A DNA stretch of 43,830 nucleotides from a bacterium (GTDB lineage: Bacteria > Zhuqueibacterota > Zhuqueibacteria > Oceanimicrobiales > Oceanimicrobiaceae), in contig JBHIAC010000010.1 of assembly GCA_046758365.1 (NCBI GenBank), positions 1 to 43,830 of the forward strand. Direction: 5' to 3'. The notes beneath the pieces are model-generated. The model made no database searches and was not told where the DNA came from. It worked only from the letters and a program-made list of their open reading frames with translations. The translations under genes were made by a program, and so were the position numbers. This document shows, in pieces, positions 1 through 10,300 of the stretch (position 1 is its first letter; the number at the start of each line of letters is the position of its first letter).

Positions 1-98
1 GTGCGCCGGCTATAGTGCCGGGTGCGGATAGCTTCTCGAACCTGGTTAAGAAGTTTCGGTTTGTTTGGGTTTTGAGGTTCAGAAATTAAGGAGCTCAT
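1..98 (-). CDS. intI: Integron integrase-like tyrosine recombinase, N-terminal part (runs off the window edge)
   Basis: Manual minus-strand translation from ATG at 98 gives MSSLISEPQNPNKPKLLNQVREAIRTRHYSRRT, matching the typical IntI N-terminus (KLLxQVRxxIRxRHYSxRTE). A GGGGG SD-like run lies upstream. The catalytic domain is outside the window. Confidence 0.75.
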   Translation of the reverse strand, partial: MSSLISEPQNPNKPKLLNQVREAIRTRHYSRR

Positions 99-241
99 TC
101 TCGCCCCCTGTCGAGAGGTGATTACTCTTACTATTTCTTTTAGTTTGTGTTTAAGTTATCTCCCTTTCTGTACGAGGCCCGGAATCGGTGGTGATCGTGG
201 AATCGGAGTGACGAATAACATTATTGCGATAACTTTTATTT

Positions 242-270
242 AAGATAATTAATAAATTGTAAGAAGTCAA
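242..270 (-). promoter_or_regulatory. Candidate sigma70 promoter for the integrase gene
   Basis: Minus strand TTGACT (270-265), 17-nt spacer, TATCTT (247-242). Confidence 0.45.
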
Positions 271-372
271 GTAAAAATTTATCAATCATTAACACGTATG
301 TTAATAGAGCATAAAATCAATGTCATTCCGTAACAAAATGATTTTAACTTGCCAGATGCCCCATAAAATTCC

Positions 373-401
373 TTGACTTTCTCTCATAAATAAATTAAAT
401 T
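373..401 (+). promoter_or_regulatory. Candidate sigma70 promoter for nth
   Basis: TTGACT (373-378), 17-nt spacer, TAAATT (396-401), shortly upstream of the ATG at 426. Confidence 0.4.
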
Positions 402-425
402 TATTACGTTTAAATATCAAAATTA

Positions 426-1085
426 ATGAGGGAGAATTTGGCAACAGATTTACGTAAGCGCACACTAGAGATCGTTGACAAACTGGACAAAGCCTATCCA
501 AACGCCCATCTCGAACTCAATTTTTCTTCTCCATTTGAGCTTTTAATTGCCACAATTTTAGCTGCCCAGTGCACGGACGAACGGGTAAATCAGGTTACCA
601 AAAGTTTATTTAAAAAGTACCCCAATCCTGCCGCTTATTTAATGGTTGATCTTTCCGAGTTGGAGGAGGACATACGTCCAACGGGTTTCTACCGCAGTAA
701 GGCTAAAAGTATTGAAGCATGTTGTAAAACATTGGTAGAAGAATTTAACGGGGAATTACCAAATACAGTAGAAGAGTTGACTAAGCTGCCAGGGGTGGGA
801 CGGAAGACGGCTAATATAGTTTTATCGAACGCTATGGGGGTACCTGCTATCGGTGTAGATACCCACACTATTCGTGTACCTAATCGACTTGGTTTGGTAA
901 ATATAAAAGACCCGGATAAAATCGAAACACGACTTTGTGAACTCTTACCAAAAGAGAGATGGCACCGCAGTAATTTACTATTACAGTGGCACGGACGATA
1001 TACCTGTCAGGCCAAAAAACCTAAATGCGGACAATGTGTAGTATATGATTTATGTGAATGGGAGGAAAAAGAAACTTTCAAGTAA
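426..1085 (+). CDS. nth: Endonuclease III
   Basis: LIATILAAQCTD motif, HhH motif LPGVGRKTAN, VDTH, and C-terminal 4Fe-4S motif CQAKKPKCGQCVVYDLC. Confidence 0.95.
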   Translation: MRENLATDLRKRTLEIVDKLDKAYPNAHLELNFSSPFELLIATILAAQCTDERVNQVTKSLFKKYPNPAAYLMVDLSELEEDIRPTGFYRSKAKSIEACCKTLVEEFNGELPNTVEELTKLPGVGRKTANIVLSNAMGVPAIGVDTHTIRVPNRLGLVNIKDPDKIETRLCELLPKERWHRSNLLLQWHGRYTCQAKKPKCGQCVVYDLCEWEEKETFK

Positions 1086-1152
1086 ATACTGGTGTGAATC
1101 TGACTAATTAAAATCGAAAGTTGAATCGAGTTGCATCCTGGAGGAAACATCA

Positions 1153-1548
1153 ATGAATCAAAATCATAAAAGCCAACATAAAGAAATTAAGATGACGCAA
1201 ACTTTACCCATAGCAGATATTATTTCTCTGGAAACCGTAGTAAATATTTTAGTACGTAAAGGTATTTGCACACCTGAAGAGCTTTTTGAAGAAGAAAAGA
1301 GGCGACAACAATACAATCAAAATGTTAAAGATATCTCAGTTGTGCAAACAGGAAAAAAGCATACCCAGCGAGATGATAGGTCGCATAGAAACCAGCAGAG
1401 CTGGTTAAAAAGAAAAATGAGCAAACGCCGCTGGACAAGAAGATTGGGCACAGCCCTGTTTGGTTGGAAATGGAAAAAGGTTAAGGTGGCCAATAAAACA
1501 ATGAATAATATTGATGATGTGGGTGTAAAACCCCAACGTCATAAATAG
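1153..1548 (+). CDS. Hypothetical basic protein
   Basis: 131-aa ORF with a GGAGG SD upstream. N-terminal LETVVNILVRKGICTPEEL segment and a Lys/Arg/Trp-rich C-terminus. No family recognised. Confidence 0.65.
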   Translation: MNQNHKSQHKEIKMTQTLPIADIISLETVVNILVRKGICTPEELFEEEKRRQQYNQNVKDISVVQTGKKHTQRDDRSHRNQQSWLKRKMSKRRWTRRLGTALFGWKWKKVKVANKTMNNIDDVGVKPQRHK

Positions 1549-1642
1549 AATATTTTATAAGTCTTTATAATTATTTGAGAACTTACATGAGTAAATATGA
1601 AATCTTTAAGTGTGTTTTAGGATTTAATTCAGGAGGGAAATT

Positions 1643-3361
1643 GTGAATGCTGCACTTACCGCACTGATTACTCTCGGAATTTTTGTTCTGGCTTATTTCA
1701 CCTACGCCAAATTCATTGCACACCGAATTTTTGCTTTAGACCCCGATGCTAAAACCCCGGCTCACACCATGACCGATGGTATCGATTATGTACCTACTAG
1801 AAAGCCTGTGCTGTTTGGACATCATTTTGCTTCGATTACCGGTTTGGGACCCATTTTAGGTCCAGCCATTGCCGTCATTTGGGGCTGGTTGCCTGCTTTT
1901 CTTTGGGTATTTTTGGGCACCATATTTTTTGGGGGCGTTCATGATTTTTCGGCTCTGGCTATTTCTATGAGAAATCGCGGTCGTTCCATAGGGGACATTG
2001 CCGAAAGCATTATTGGGCCGCGGGCGCGTTTGCTGTTTCTGCTTATTATATTTTTCTTGATTGCCCTAGCAATGGGGGTTTTTGCTATTGTTATCGCCAC
2101 TCTATTTAGTGAAGCCTTTAATCCTGAAGCCGTTGTTCCTGTTTTTTCCCTCATGCTGATTGCCATGGCAGTCGGTTTGGGTGTTTACAAACGTGGTTTG
2201 CCTATCGGACCAATTACCCTCATCGGCGTTATTTTAATGTTACTCACCACAGCTTTAGGCATTAAGTATCCGGTTACTGGAATTTCACATGACACCTGGA
2301 TTTACATTCTCTTAGGTTATGCGTTTGTGGCCTCGGTATTACCGGTTTGGCTGCTTCTTCAACCGCGCGATTATATCAACTCATTTTTGCTCTATATAGG
2401 TTTAGCCGCCATGTATTTAGGACTTTTCATATCTCAACCCACGATTGCGGCACCTGCAATCAATCATCATAGTACAGGCCTGCCGCCTCTATTTCCTTTC
2501 ATTTTCATCATGGTAGCCTGCGGGGCTATTTCAGGATTTCATAGTTTGGTTTCTTCAGGAACGACAGCCAAGCAAATTAACAAAGAACCAGATGCCCGTC
2601 TCATTGGTTACGGGGGTGCTGTTGCGGAAGGTATTTTAGGATTAATGGCGGTGCTAGCCTGTACGGCCGGATTAGCTTCAAGGGAAGTCTGGCTGGAACA
2701 CTACAAATCCTGGGGAACAGCCTCCAGTCTAGGGCCTGAAATTAACGCCTTTGTTCAAGGGGCTGGGAAATTTATTTCGCATCTGGGAATTTCTCAGACC
2801 TTCGCTGAAGCGTTCGTGGCGGTTGTAGTCGTTGGGTTTGCTCTCACCACTTTGGATTCCGCCACACGACTTTTGCGATTTAATATTGAAGAGCTCGGAA
2901 ATAGTTTAAATATTAAACTCCTTTCGAATCGATTCTTAGCAGCCGCGATTGCAGTTATAGCCATCGCCTTTTTTGCTCTAATGAAGGTAGAAATAGTGGA
3001 CCCATCCACTGGAGCAATAGTTAAAAAATCAGCCGGCCTGACTCTTTGGGGTCTCTTTGGTACCACCAATCAAATTTTAGCGGGCATTGTTCTGCTTTCG
3101 GTTTCCATTTATCTGTTAAAAAAAGGAAAGCCAATTGTTTATACTTTAGTGCCTATGATTTTAATGCTTTCGATGACTCTTTGGGCTATGGTGCTCAATT
3201 TAGGCGATTTCTGGAGCAAAAAAAAATGGCCGCTTCTGATTGTTGGTACCATCATATTATTTATGATCTTATGGTTTATTGTAGAGAGCATTATTGTCTT
3301 TAGAAAATCCATAATCAATTCCAAGCAGTTATCTTTTAAACCTGAGCCAGTATCAAAATAA
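1643..3361 (+). CDS. cstA: Carbon starvation protein A family peptide/pyruvate transporter
   Basis: TPAH..DGIDYVPT, LFGHHFASITGLGPILGP, ACGAISGFHSLVSSGTT, TTLDSATRLLRF and LFGTTNQ motifs. Many TM helices. AGGAGG SD before the GTG start. Confidence 0.92.
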   Translation: MNAALTALITLGIFVLAYFTYAKFIAHRIFALDPDAKTPAHTMTDGIDYVPTRKPVLFGHHFASITGLGPILGPAIAVIWGWLPAFLWVFLGTIFFGGVHDFSALAISMRNRGRSIGDIAESIIGPRARLLFLLIIFFLIALAMGVFAIVIATLFSEAFNPEAVVPVFSLMLIAMAVGLGVYKRGLPIGPITLIGVILMLLTTALGIKYPVTGISHDTWIYILLGYAFVASVLPVWLLLQPRDYINSFLLYIGLAAMYLGLFISQPTIAAPAINHHSTGLPPLFPFIFIMVACGAISGFHSLVSSGTTAKQINKEPDARLIGYGGAVAEGILGLMAVLACTAGLASREVWLEHYKSWGTASSLGPEINAFVQGAGKFISHLGISQTFAEAFVAVVVVGFALTTLDSATRLLRFNIEELGNSLNIKLLSNRFLAAAIAVIAIAFFALMKVEIVDPSTGAIVKKSAGLTLWGLFGTTNQILAGIVLLSVSIYLLKKGKPIVYTLVPMILMLSMTLWAMVLNLGDFWSKKKWPLLIVGTIILFMILWFIVESIIVFRKSIINSKQLSFKPEPVSK

Positions 3362-3393
3362 TAATGTTTAGGTAAATATTCCATACTAATATA

Positions 3394-3876
3394 TTGAAAA
3401 TGAGCATAACTAAGCCATCCATTATTTTAATTCGTGAAACCGATGCCCAAATGACGGGCAGTGGCTGCTGCGGCAAGTTGGAAGGGGACAACACAAAATT
3501 TTGTGGAAATCCTGTCTTTGCTGAAACTAGAAAAATTAAAGAAGATATGGGAGAAATTCTACAGGCTTTAAATGAGCATTTTGGTGACGCTGTTGAAATT
3601 ACAGTCGTCGATCCCAGAAATCAGTTGTACTTATATCCTAAAATACTTAAAGATATCTGGAAATACCGACCTTCTTTTAAGTCCGCCTTAAAAGGAATTT
3701 TTATGATGATTTCTGTCCCTTCGATTATTATCAACGGGGAAATTTGTTATAACAGAACTTTACCCAAGGTGCAAGAAATTGTTGAAAGCGTAACCAACTC
3801 GATCCAGCAAAACGGAAACAATAAAATAATTATTGAAAAAGAAAAGAAAGTCCATGAGGAAAAGGCTGCTGTTTAA
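3394..3876 (+). CDS. Hypothetical protein with GSGCCG motif, possibly thioredoxin-like; cstA-associated
   Basis: ORF directly after cstA. Contains GSGCCG, VEITVVDPRNQ and VPSIIINGE (thioredoxin-fold cis-Pro-like). The start may be the ATG at 3400. Confidence 0.65.
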   Translation: MKMSITKPSIILIRETDAQMTGSGCCGKLEGDNTKFCGNPVFAETRKIKEDMGEILQALNEHFGDAVEITVVDPRNQLYLYPKILKDIWKYRPSFKSALKGIFMMISVPSIIINGEICYNRTLPKVQEIVESVTNSIQQNGNNKIIIEKEKKVHEEKAAV

Positions 3877-3883
3877 TTAAGGA

Positions 3884-5443
3884 ATGGCCACGAACGGAGA
3901 CACAAAGAAATCTTCTTACACAGTACGCCAGAGAATTGGCTTATATCTTGGAATTCCGATTTTCTTATTGATAGTTCTATTGCCCCAGCCGTCGGAGCTA
4001 TCCGCAGAAGCCCATAAAACATTAGCGGTGGCCGTTCTTATGGCCTGGTGGTGGATTACAGAGGCCCTACCAATTCCGGCAACCGCTTTAATTCCATTAG
4101 CCTTTTTTCCCATCCTTGGAATCATGAATTATAAAGAGGTTGCACCCAGTTATGCCGACAGTATCATATTTTTATTTATGGGAGGCTTTTTTTTGGCTGT
4201 GACCATGCAGAAATGGGGGTTGCACAAACGTTTGGCTTTGCGGATTGTGAGCATTATTGGAACCAGTCCACGGCGTGTGATTTTAGGCTTCATGGTTGCA
4301 ACCGCTTTCATATCTATGTGGATTTCTAACACTTCGACCACCCTGATGATGTATCCTATTGCCCTGGCGGTAGTGCTTCATTTTTCCGAATTAGAAAAAG
4401 AAAAAAAGAGTGAGCCGTCAAGCGGGTTTGACCAGAATATTCGAATAGCATTGATGCTCGGGATTGCTTACTCCGCTAGCGTTGGAGGAATTGGTACGTT
4501 AATTGGTACCCCGCCAAACGTTATTTTCGCTGGAGCCGTAGCGTCGCTTTACCCGCAAGCCCCTCCGATAAAATTTTTTCAATGGATGCTAATTGGGATA
4601 CCGCTGGTGGTGCTTTTCATTCCACTTATATGGATTTTTCTGACCCGAATAATATTTCCTATATCCTTAAAAGAACTGGCTGGAGGCCGACAATATATAT
4701 CGGGACAGTTAAAGAAACTCGGCAAAATCAGCCGAGGAGAGCGTTTGACACTTTGGGTGTTCCTGGTAACAGCCCTGGGGTGGATATTCCGCACGAATAT
4801 TAACTTAGGTATCTTTGTCATACCAGGCTGGTCCAATTTGTTGGGGATTTCCCATTGGGTAAGTGATACTACCGTTGCCATATTCGCAGCTCTGCTGATG
4901 TTTGCCATTCCTGTAAACTGGCAGCGAGGGGAGTTTCTTTTAGATTGGAATTGGGCTGTTAAAATTCCCTGGGGTCTTTTAATACTATTTGGTGGCGGAA
5001 TTGCATTAGCGAAAGGATTCCAAACCACAGGATTGGCTGTCTGGATAGGTTCGCAATTAACCCTTTTAAGCAGGATTCCTGTGATAGTCATGATTTTAAT
5101 TATTTGTCTCATGCTCACATTTCTCACAGAAATAACCTCAAACACAGCCATGACGACCCTTTTTATGCCAATTTTAGCAGCTACCGCTATAGCCATGAAC
5201 ACGCATCCTTTTCTACTAATGATTCCTGCAACTATGTCCGCGTCTTGTGCCTTTATGCTGCCGGTGGCTACTCCGCCCAATGCCGTTATCTTTGGCTCTG
5301 GATGCGTTTCTATATCTAATATGGCTAAAGCTGGTGTTGTATTAAATTTGATTGGAGCTGTATTAATTACTGCGTTGGTTTACTTATTAGCGATTCCTGT
5401 TTTTGATATAACTATGAAAGCTTTGCCGAATTGGGTTCAGTAA
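3884..5443 (+). CDS. DASS/SLC13 family sodium:dicarboxylate/sulfate symporter
   Basis: WWITEALPIPATAL, SMWISNT, GTLIGTPPN, TEITSNTA and AFMLPVATPPNA motifs. Confidence 0.93.
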   Translation: MATNGDTKKSSYTVRQRIGLYLGIPIFLLIVLLPQPSELSAEAHKTLAVAVLMAWWWITEALPIPATALIPLAFFPILGIMNYKEVAPSYADSIIFLFMGGFFLAVTMQKWGLHKRLALRIVSIIGTSPRRVILGFMVATAFISMWISNTSTTLMMYPIALAVVLHFSELEKEKKSEPSSGFDQNIRIALMLGIAYSASVGGIGTLIGTPPNVIFAGAVASLYPQAPPIKFFQWMLIGIPLVVLFIPLIWIFLTRIIFPISLKELAGGRQYISGQLKKLGKISRGERLTLWVFLVTALGWIFRTNINLGIFVIPGWSNLLGISHWVSDTTVAIFAALLMFAIPVNWQRGEFLLDWNWAVKIPWGLLILFGGGIALAKGFQTTGLAVWIGSQLTLLSRIPVIVMILIICLMLTFLTEITSNTAMTTLFMPILAATAIAMNTHPFLLMIPATMSASCAFMLPVATPPNAVIFGSGCVSISNMAKAGVVLNLIGAVLITALVYLLAIPVFDITMKALPNWVQ

Positions 5444-5512
5444 AAAGTAAATCATTGTTCAATTACTTTAATTGAATTGCGGCTTCGCCGAGCTAAGTTT
5501 ATCAAAGATTTC

Positions 5513-5675
5513 TCCCAAAAATGAGATGAAAGAAGAGAACTATTCTCAAAAGTGAGAAAAATTATTGATAAAAGAAATAACTCTTAGCACCTCTAAGATA
5601 ATCTTTTAATAAAATCAATATGTTACCTTTAAATTATTTTAAATATAAAAAATAATAATTTGGCATATTTTTTGA
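5513..5675 (+). promoter_or_regulatory. Sigma54-type promoter of gdhA with paired enhancer palindromes and IHF site
   Basis: TCCCA-AAAA-TGAGA (5513-5526) and TCTCA-AAAG-TGAGA (5544-5557). IHF consensus match AATCAATATGTTA (5613-5625). TGGCAT-N5-TTGA (5661-5675). Confidence 0.7.
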
Positions 5676-5760
5676 GTAAAATGTTTCTGTTTTGAATTTT
5701 AATAAACAGCAAAGTTCAATTTAATAAGATAAGTAAGAAAGAAAACAAGAGGAGGATTTT

Positions 5761-7122
5761 ATGTCCGAATACGTCAAAAATTTAATGGCTGAAGTCAAGG
5801 CCAAGAATCCTAACGAACCAGAATTTCATCAAGCGGTTGAAGAGGTGGCAGAATCGCTGGATCTGGTTTTCAAAAGACATCCCGAATATCGTTCTGCAAA
5901 AATTTTTGAAAGGATAATTGAACCTGAGCGAGTCATTATGTTTCGAGTTCCTTGGGTGGACGATCAGGGTGAAATTCATGTTAATCGCGGTTTCCGCATC
6001 CAGATGAACAGCGCCATTGGTCCTTACAAAGGTGGACTGCGTTTCCATCCTTCGGTCAATTTAGGAATTTTAAAATTTTTGGCCTTTGAACAAGTTTTTA
6101 AGAATAGTCTCACAACTTTACCGATGGGGGGTGGTAAAGGCGGCTCTGATTTTGATCCGAAAGGCAAAAGTGACAATGAAGTTATGCGTTTTTGTCAGAG
6201 TTTTATGAATGAGTTATATCGACATATTGGACCCAATACCGATGTGCCGGCTGGCGATATTGGCGTGGGCGGCCGGGAAATTGGTTATTTGTTTGGCCAA
6301 TATAAAAAATTAACAAATGAATTTACCGGGGTGCTTACTGGAAAAGGCCTAAACTGGGGTGGTTCCCTAATTCGTCCTGAGGCCACGGGCTATGGTTCAG
6401 TTTATTTTGCAGCCGAAATGTTAGCCACCAAAGGAGAGACCCTTGAAGGTAAAACCTGTTTGGTATCTGGTAGTGGAAATGTGGCTCAATACACCGTAGA
6501 AAAAATTAATCAACTTGGTGGAAAAGTGACTACTTTATCGGATTCGAATGGTTATATTTTCGACGAAAAGGGAATTTCTTCAGAAAAATTAGAATTTGTG
6601 AAGGAATTAAAAAATATCCGTCGCGGCAGAATTAAAGAATATGCTGAAAAATATCCTAATGTAATTTATACGCCAGAGGATCCAACTTTGGATTATAATC
6701 CCTTATGGAATCAAAAAGCCGATTGTGCATTTCCGAGTGCAACTCAAAATGAAATCAACGAAAAAGACGCCCAAAATCTTCTTAATAACGGCGTGTATGT
6801 TGTATCGGAAGGGGCTAATATGCCAACAACCCTTGAAGGGGTAAAACTTTTCCTGGAAGCAGGCATTCTTTACGGACCGGCCAAAGCCGCCAATGCAGGA
6901 GGGGTTGCTGTTTCGGGATTGGAAATGTCCCAGAACAGCATGCGCTTTCCATGGTCAAGAGAAGAAGTTGACAATCGTTTGCATCAAATTATGAAAAGTA
7001 TCCATAAGACTTGTGTCGAAATAGCCGAAAGGTTCGGTTCACCCGGAAATTATTTAAATGGTGCTAACATTGGCGGTTTCCTTAAAGTAGCTGATGCCAT
7101 GCTTGATCAGGGTTTAGTTTAA
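5761..7122 (+). CDS. gdhA: NAD(P)-specific glutamate dehydrogenase
   Basis: GPYKGGLRFHPSV, LPMGGGKGGSDFDP, DVPAGDIGVGGRE, RPEATGYG, SGSGNVAQY and KAANAGGVAVS motifs. Confidence 0.97.
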   Translation: MSEYVKNLMAEVKAKNPNEPEFHQAVEEVAESLDLVFKRHPEYRSAKIFERIIEPERVIMFRVPWVDDQGEIHVNRGFRIQMNSAIGPYKGGLRFHPSVNLGILKFLAFEQVFKNSLTTLPMGGGKGGSDFDPKGKSDNEVMRFCQSFMNELYRHIGPNTDVPAGDIGVGGREIGYLFGQYKKLTNEFTGVLTGKGLNWGGSLIRPEATGYGSVYFAAEMLATKGETLEGKTCLVSGSGNVAQYTVEKINQLGGKVTTLSDSNGYIFDEKGISSEKLEFVKELKNIRRGRIKEYAEKYPNVIYTPEDPTLDYNPLWNQKADCAFPSATQNEINEKDAQNLLNNGVYVVSEGANMPTTLEGVKLFLEAGILYGPAKAANAGGVAVSGLEMSQNSMRFPWSREEVDNRLHQIMKSIHKTCVEIAERFGSPGNYLNGANIGGFLKVADAMLDQGLV

Positions 7123-7145
7123 TTCTCCAATTCTTTCCACTCACA

Positions 7146-7180
7146 AATCGGAGAGCAATAAACAGCTCTCCGATTTTTTT
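7146..7180 (+). terminator. Intrinsic terminator after gdhA
   Basis: Perfect 11-bp stem AATCGGAGAGC / GCTCTCCGATT with an 8-nt loop, followed by a T run. Confidence 0.85.
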
Positions 7181-7387
7181 GTTTTTAGCCCGGGTCCCGT
7201 TGGTAATGATTCCTTGAGGGGTTGCGTATTTCAGGGGGGACGCGCTCAATATATTTGAATTTTGCAACGTTCTTCCCTAAACTATTTCGAAAAAAGTTTG
7301 CAGGATTATTCTCTCTTCTTGAATTTTATATTTAAATTTATTTTATTATTATAGTAAGTCTAACTAATAAAATTAGGTTAGTGTAAT

Positions 7388-10300
7388 ATGAAAAACGATG
7401 TTAAACACACAATGAGTCTTTTCGATCCACTTTGGGTAGAACGTGGGTATGGTACTGGATTCCATGAATTTCAAAACCTAATTCGATTTAGAATTAGAGA
7501 TATTCTTTTAGTTTCAAGTTTATATGATTTATATTTATTTGAAGAGGATGGCAGGCTTTATGAGCTTATTCGAGGTGAGTACCAAGGATTAAATCTTAGT
7601 AATGCTCCAGAATTGACTCAAGTTTCCAGTGGAAAAGAAGCAATTGACTTGGCAAATAAGGAAAAGCGTTTTGATTTAATTATTACTACTTTGCACATAG
7701 AAGATATGCCGGCACATACTTTTGCAAAATTAGTTCGGCAATCTCGTCTTGACATCCCAGTGGTTTTATTAGCCTATGACAATCGAGAGCTGGCAGATTT
7801 GTTATTATATCAAGACACTTCTGTATTTGACAGTGTATTTATCTGGCAGGGGGATTTTCGTATTATAATTGCTATTATAAAACACCTGGAAGACCGTTTA
7901 AATGTTGACCATGATACTCTTTCTGTCGGCTTGCAATCGATAATATTGATTGAGGATAATGTGCAATATTATTCTTCTATCTTGCCAATTATTTACATGG
8001 AATTATTTAAACAGGCACAACGCCTGATTTCAGAAGGTATTAATATATCTCATAAATTTTTAAGAATGCGGGCAAGACCTAAAATTCTTTTATGTACAAA
8101 CTTTGAAGAAGCATGGAATTATTTTTCGAAATATAAGGATTACGTTTTGGGGATTATTTCAGATATTGATTTCAAGCACAAAGGGAAGGCTGATCCTCAG
8201 GCAGGATTAGATTTTGCCAGAAGGGTTAAGCGAGAGCATCGGGATATTCCAATTTTGCTTCAATCTAATTTGCCTGAAAATGAACCAAAGGCTAATGAGG
8301 TAGGCGCCTCATTTGTAATAAAAAATTCTCCTACTCTGCTACACGAGTTACGTCAATTTATGTTTGAACAATTTGGTTTTGGTGATTTTATATTTCGTAC
8401 TCCCGACGGAAAAGAAGTTGGTCGAGCACATGATTTAATATCTATAGAAAAACAACTTCATATTGTGCCCGAAGAGAGTATTCGATTTCATGGTGAGCGA
8501 AATCATTTTTCAAATTGGTTAAAAGCCAGAACTGAATTCTGGCTTGCGCATAAATTGCGACCACGCAAAGTTTCCGATTTCCCATCACTGGAAGCTTTAA
8601 GACAAGATTTGATTTCTTCATTGAATGAGTATAGAAGGATACGGCAAAGAGGTATTATCACAGATTTTAAAAAAGAATCATTTTATCCATTTAGTAGTTT
8701 TGCTCGAATTGGCGGTGGCTCGCTTGGTGGAAAGGCTCGCGGATTAAGTTTTGTAAATAATCTAATTTATAACTACAAAGTAAATGATAGGTTCGATGGT
8801 ATTAATATTAATATTCCGCCTGGGGTCGTCTTAGGAACGGATGTATTTGATCAGTTCCTTGATGATAATAACCTGCGCAATTTTGCCTTAAAGTCGATTG
8901 ATGATAAAGAGATTACTCAAAGATTTTTAAAAGCTAAAAAATTTCCAGAACAGATTCTAAGGGATTTAGCGGATTTTTTGGATTTTATTCATATCCCACT
9001 GGCCGTGCGTTCTTCGAGCCTATTGGAAGATTCAGAATATTATCCTTTTGCTGGTGTCTATGATACATTTATGCTTCCTAATAATCATCAAAATGCGAAG
9101 GTACGACTTATTGAATTGCTGAATGCCATCAAACGGGTTTACGCCTCAACATTTTATCAACGCGCCAAAAGTTATTTTAAAGTTACCTCTTATCATCTTG
9201 AAGAGGAAAAGATGGCGGTCATTATTCAAAAGATGGTAGGAGCTAAACATGAAAATCGCTTCTATCCTGATTTTTCGGGCGTGGCCAAATCGTACAATTT
9301 TTACCCAATGGCGCCGCAAAAATCAAAGGATGGCTTCGTTTCTGTGGCTTTAGGTTTAGGCAAAACGGTTGTTGATGGAGGACTTACAGTTAAATTTTGC
9401 CCCAAATATCCCAATCACCTGCCGCAATTCTTTTCTACCCAGGAAACCCTAAGAAATAATCAACTTGAATTTTATGCATTAGCATTGGACAAAAAATTTA
9501 CTAATGCAAACGCAATGCATGACATGTTAATTGAAAAGTACGGATTGGAGGTTGCAGAAAAAGATGGTACCTTAAAATATGTTGCATCTACTTATTCGCA
9601 TGAAAACAATGCAATTTATGATGGCATATCAAGGAGTGGAATTCGACTTATTACTTTTGCACCAATATTAAAGAATAAAATTTTTCCTTTACCAAAAATA
9701 CTCAAACTTCTTTTAGATATTGGAAGCCGGGGAATGGGGACACCGGTGGAAATCGAATTTGCTGTCAACATGTCTGTACCCGAAAACGAAATAAAAGAAT
9801 TCGGATTACTGCAAATGCGACCGTTGGTTTTAAGTCGTGAATTGGAAGTCTTAGATGTTGAAGAGACAAAGTCACAAAAATTAATTTGCCATAGTAATAA
9901 GGTTATGGGTAGTGGTGTCATAAATGAAATTTATGACATAGTAGTCGTAGATATGCATAGATTCGACCGGTCAAAAAGTCGCGAAATTGCAAAAGAAGTA
10001 AGCATATTTAACACAAAATTATTAACCCATAACAGACCCTATCTTTTGATTGGTGTTGGCCGGTGGGGGTCATTGGATCCATGGCTGGGTATCCCGGTAA
10101 AATGGGAACAAATTTCTGGGGCGAGAGCAATTGTAGAAGCTGGTTTTAAAGATATTAATGTTACACCCTCTCAGGGTTCACACTTCTTTCATAACCTTAC
10201 CTCTTTTATGGTAGGTTATTTTACCGTGAATTCTTATTTGAATGAAGGCTTTATCGATTGGGATTGGCTACTACAACAAAATGCATTTGAAGAAACAACT

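Noticed and set aside
288..305. Chromosomal dif site
   Set aside because: The right half resembles a XerD arm (TATGTTAA), but the XerC arm and 6-bp spacer geometry do not fit.
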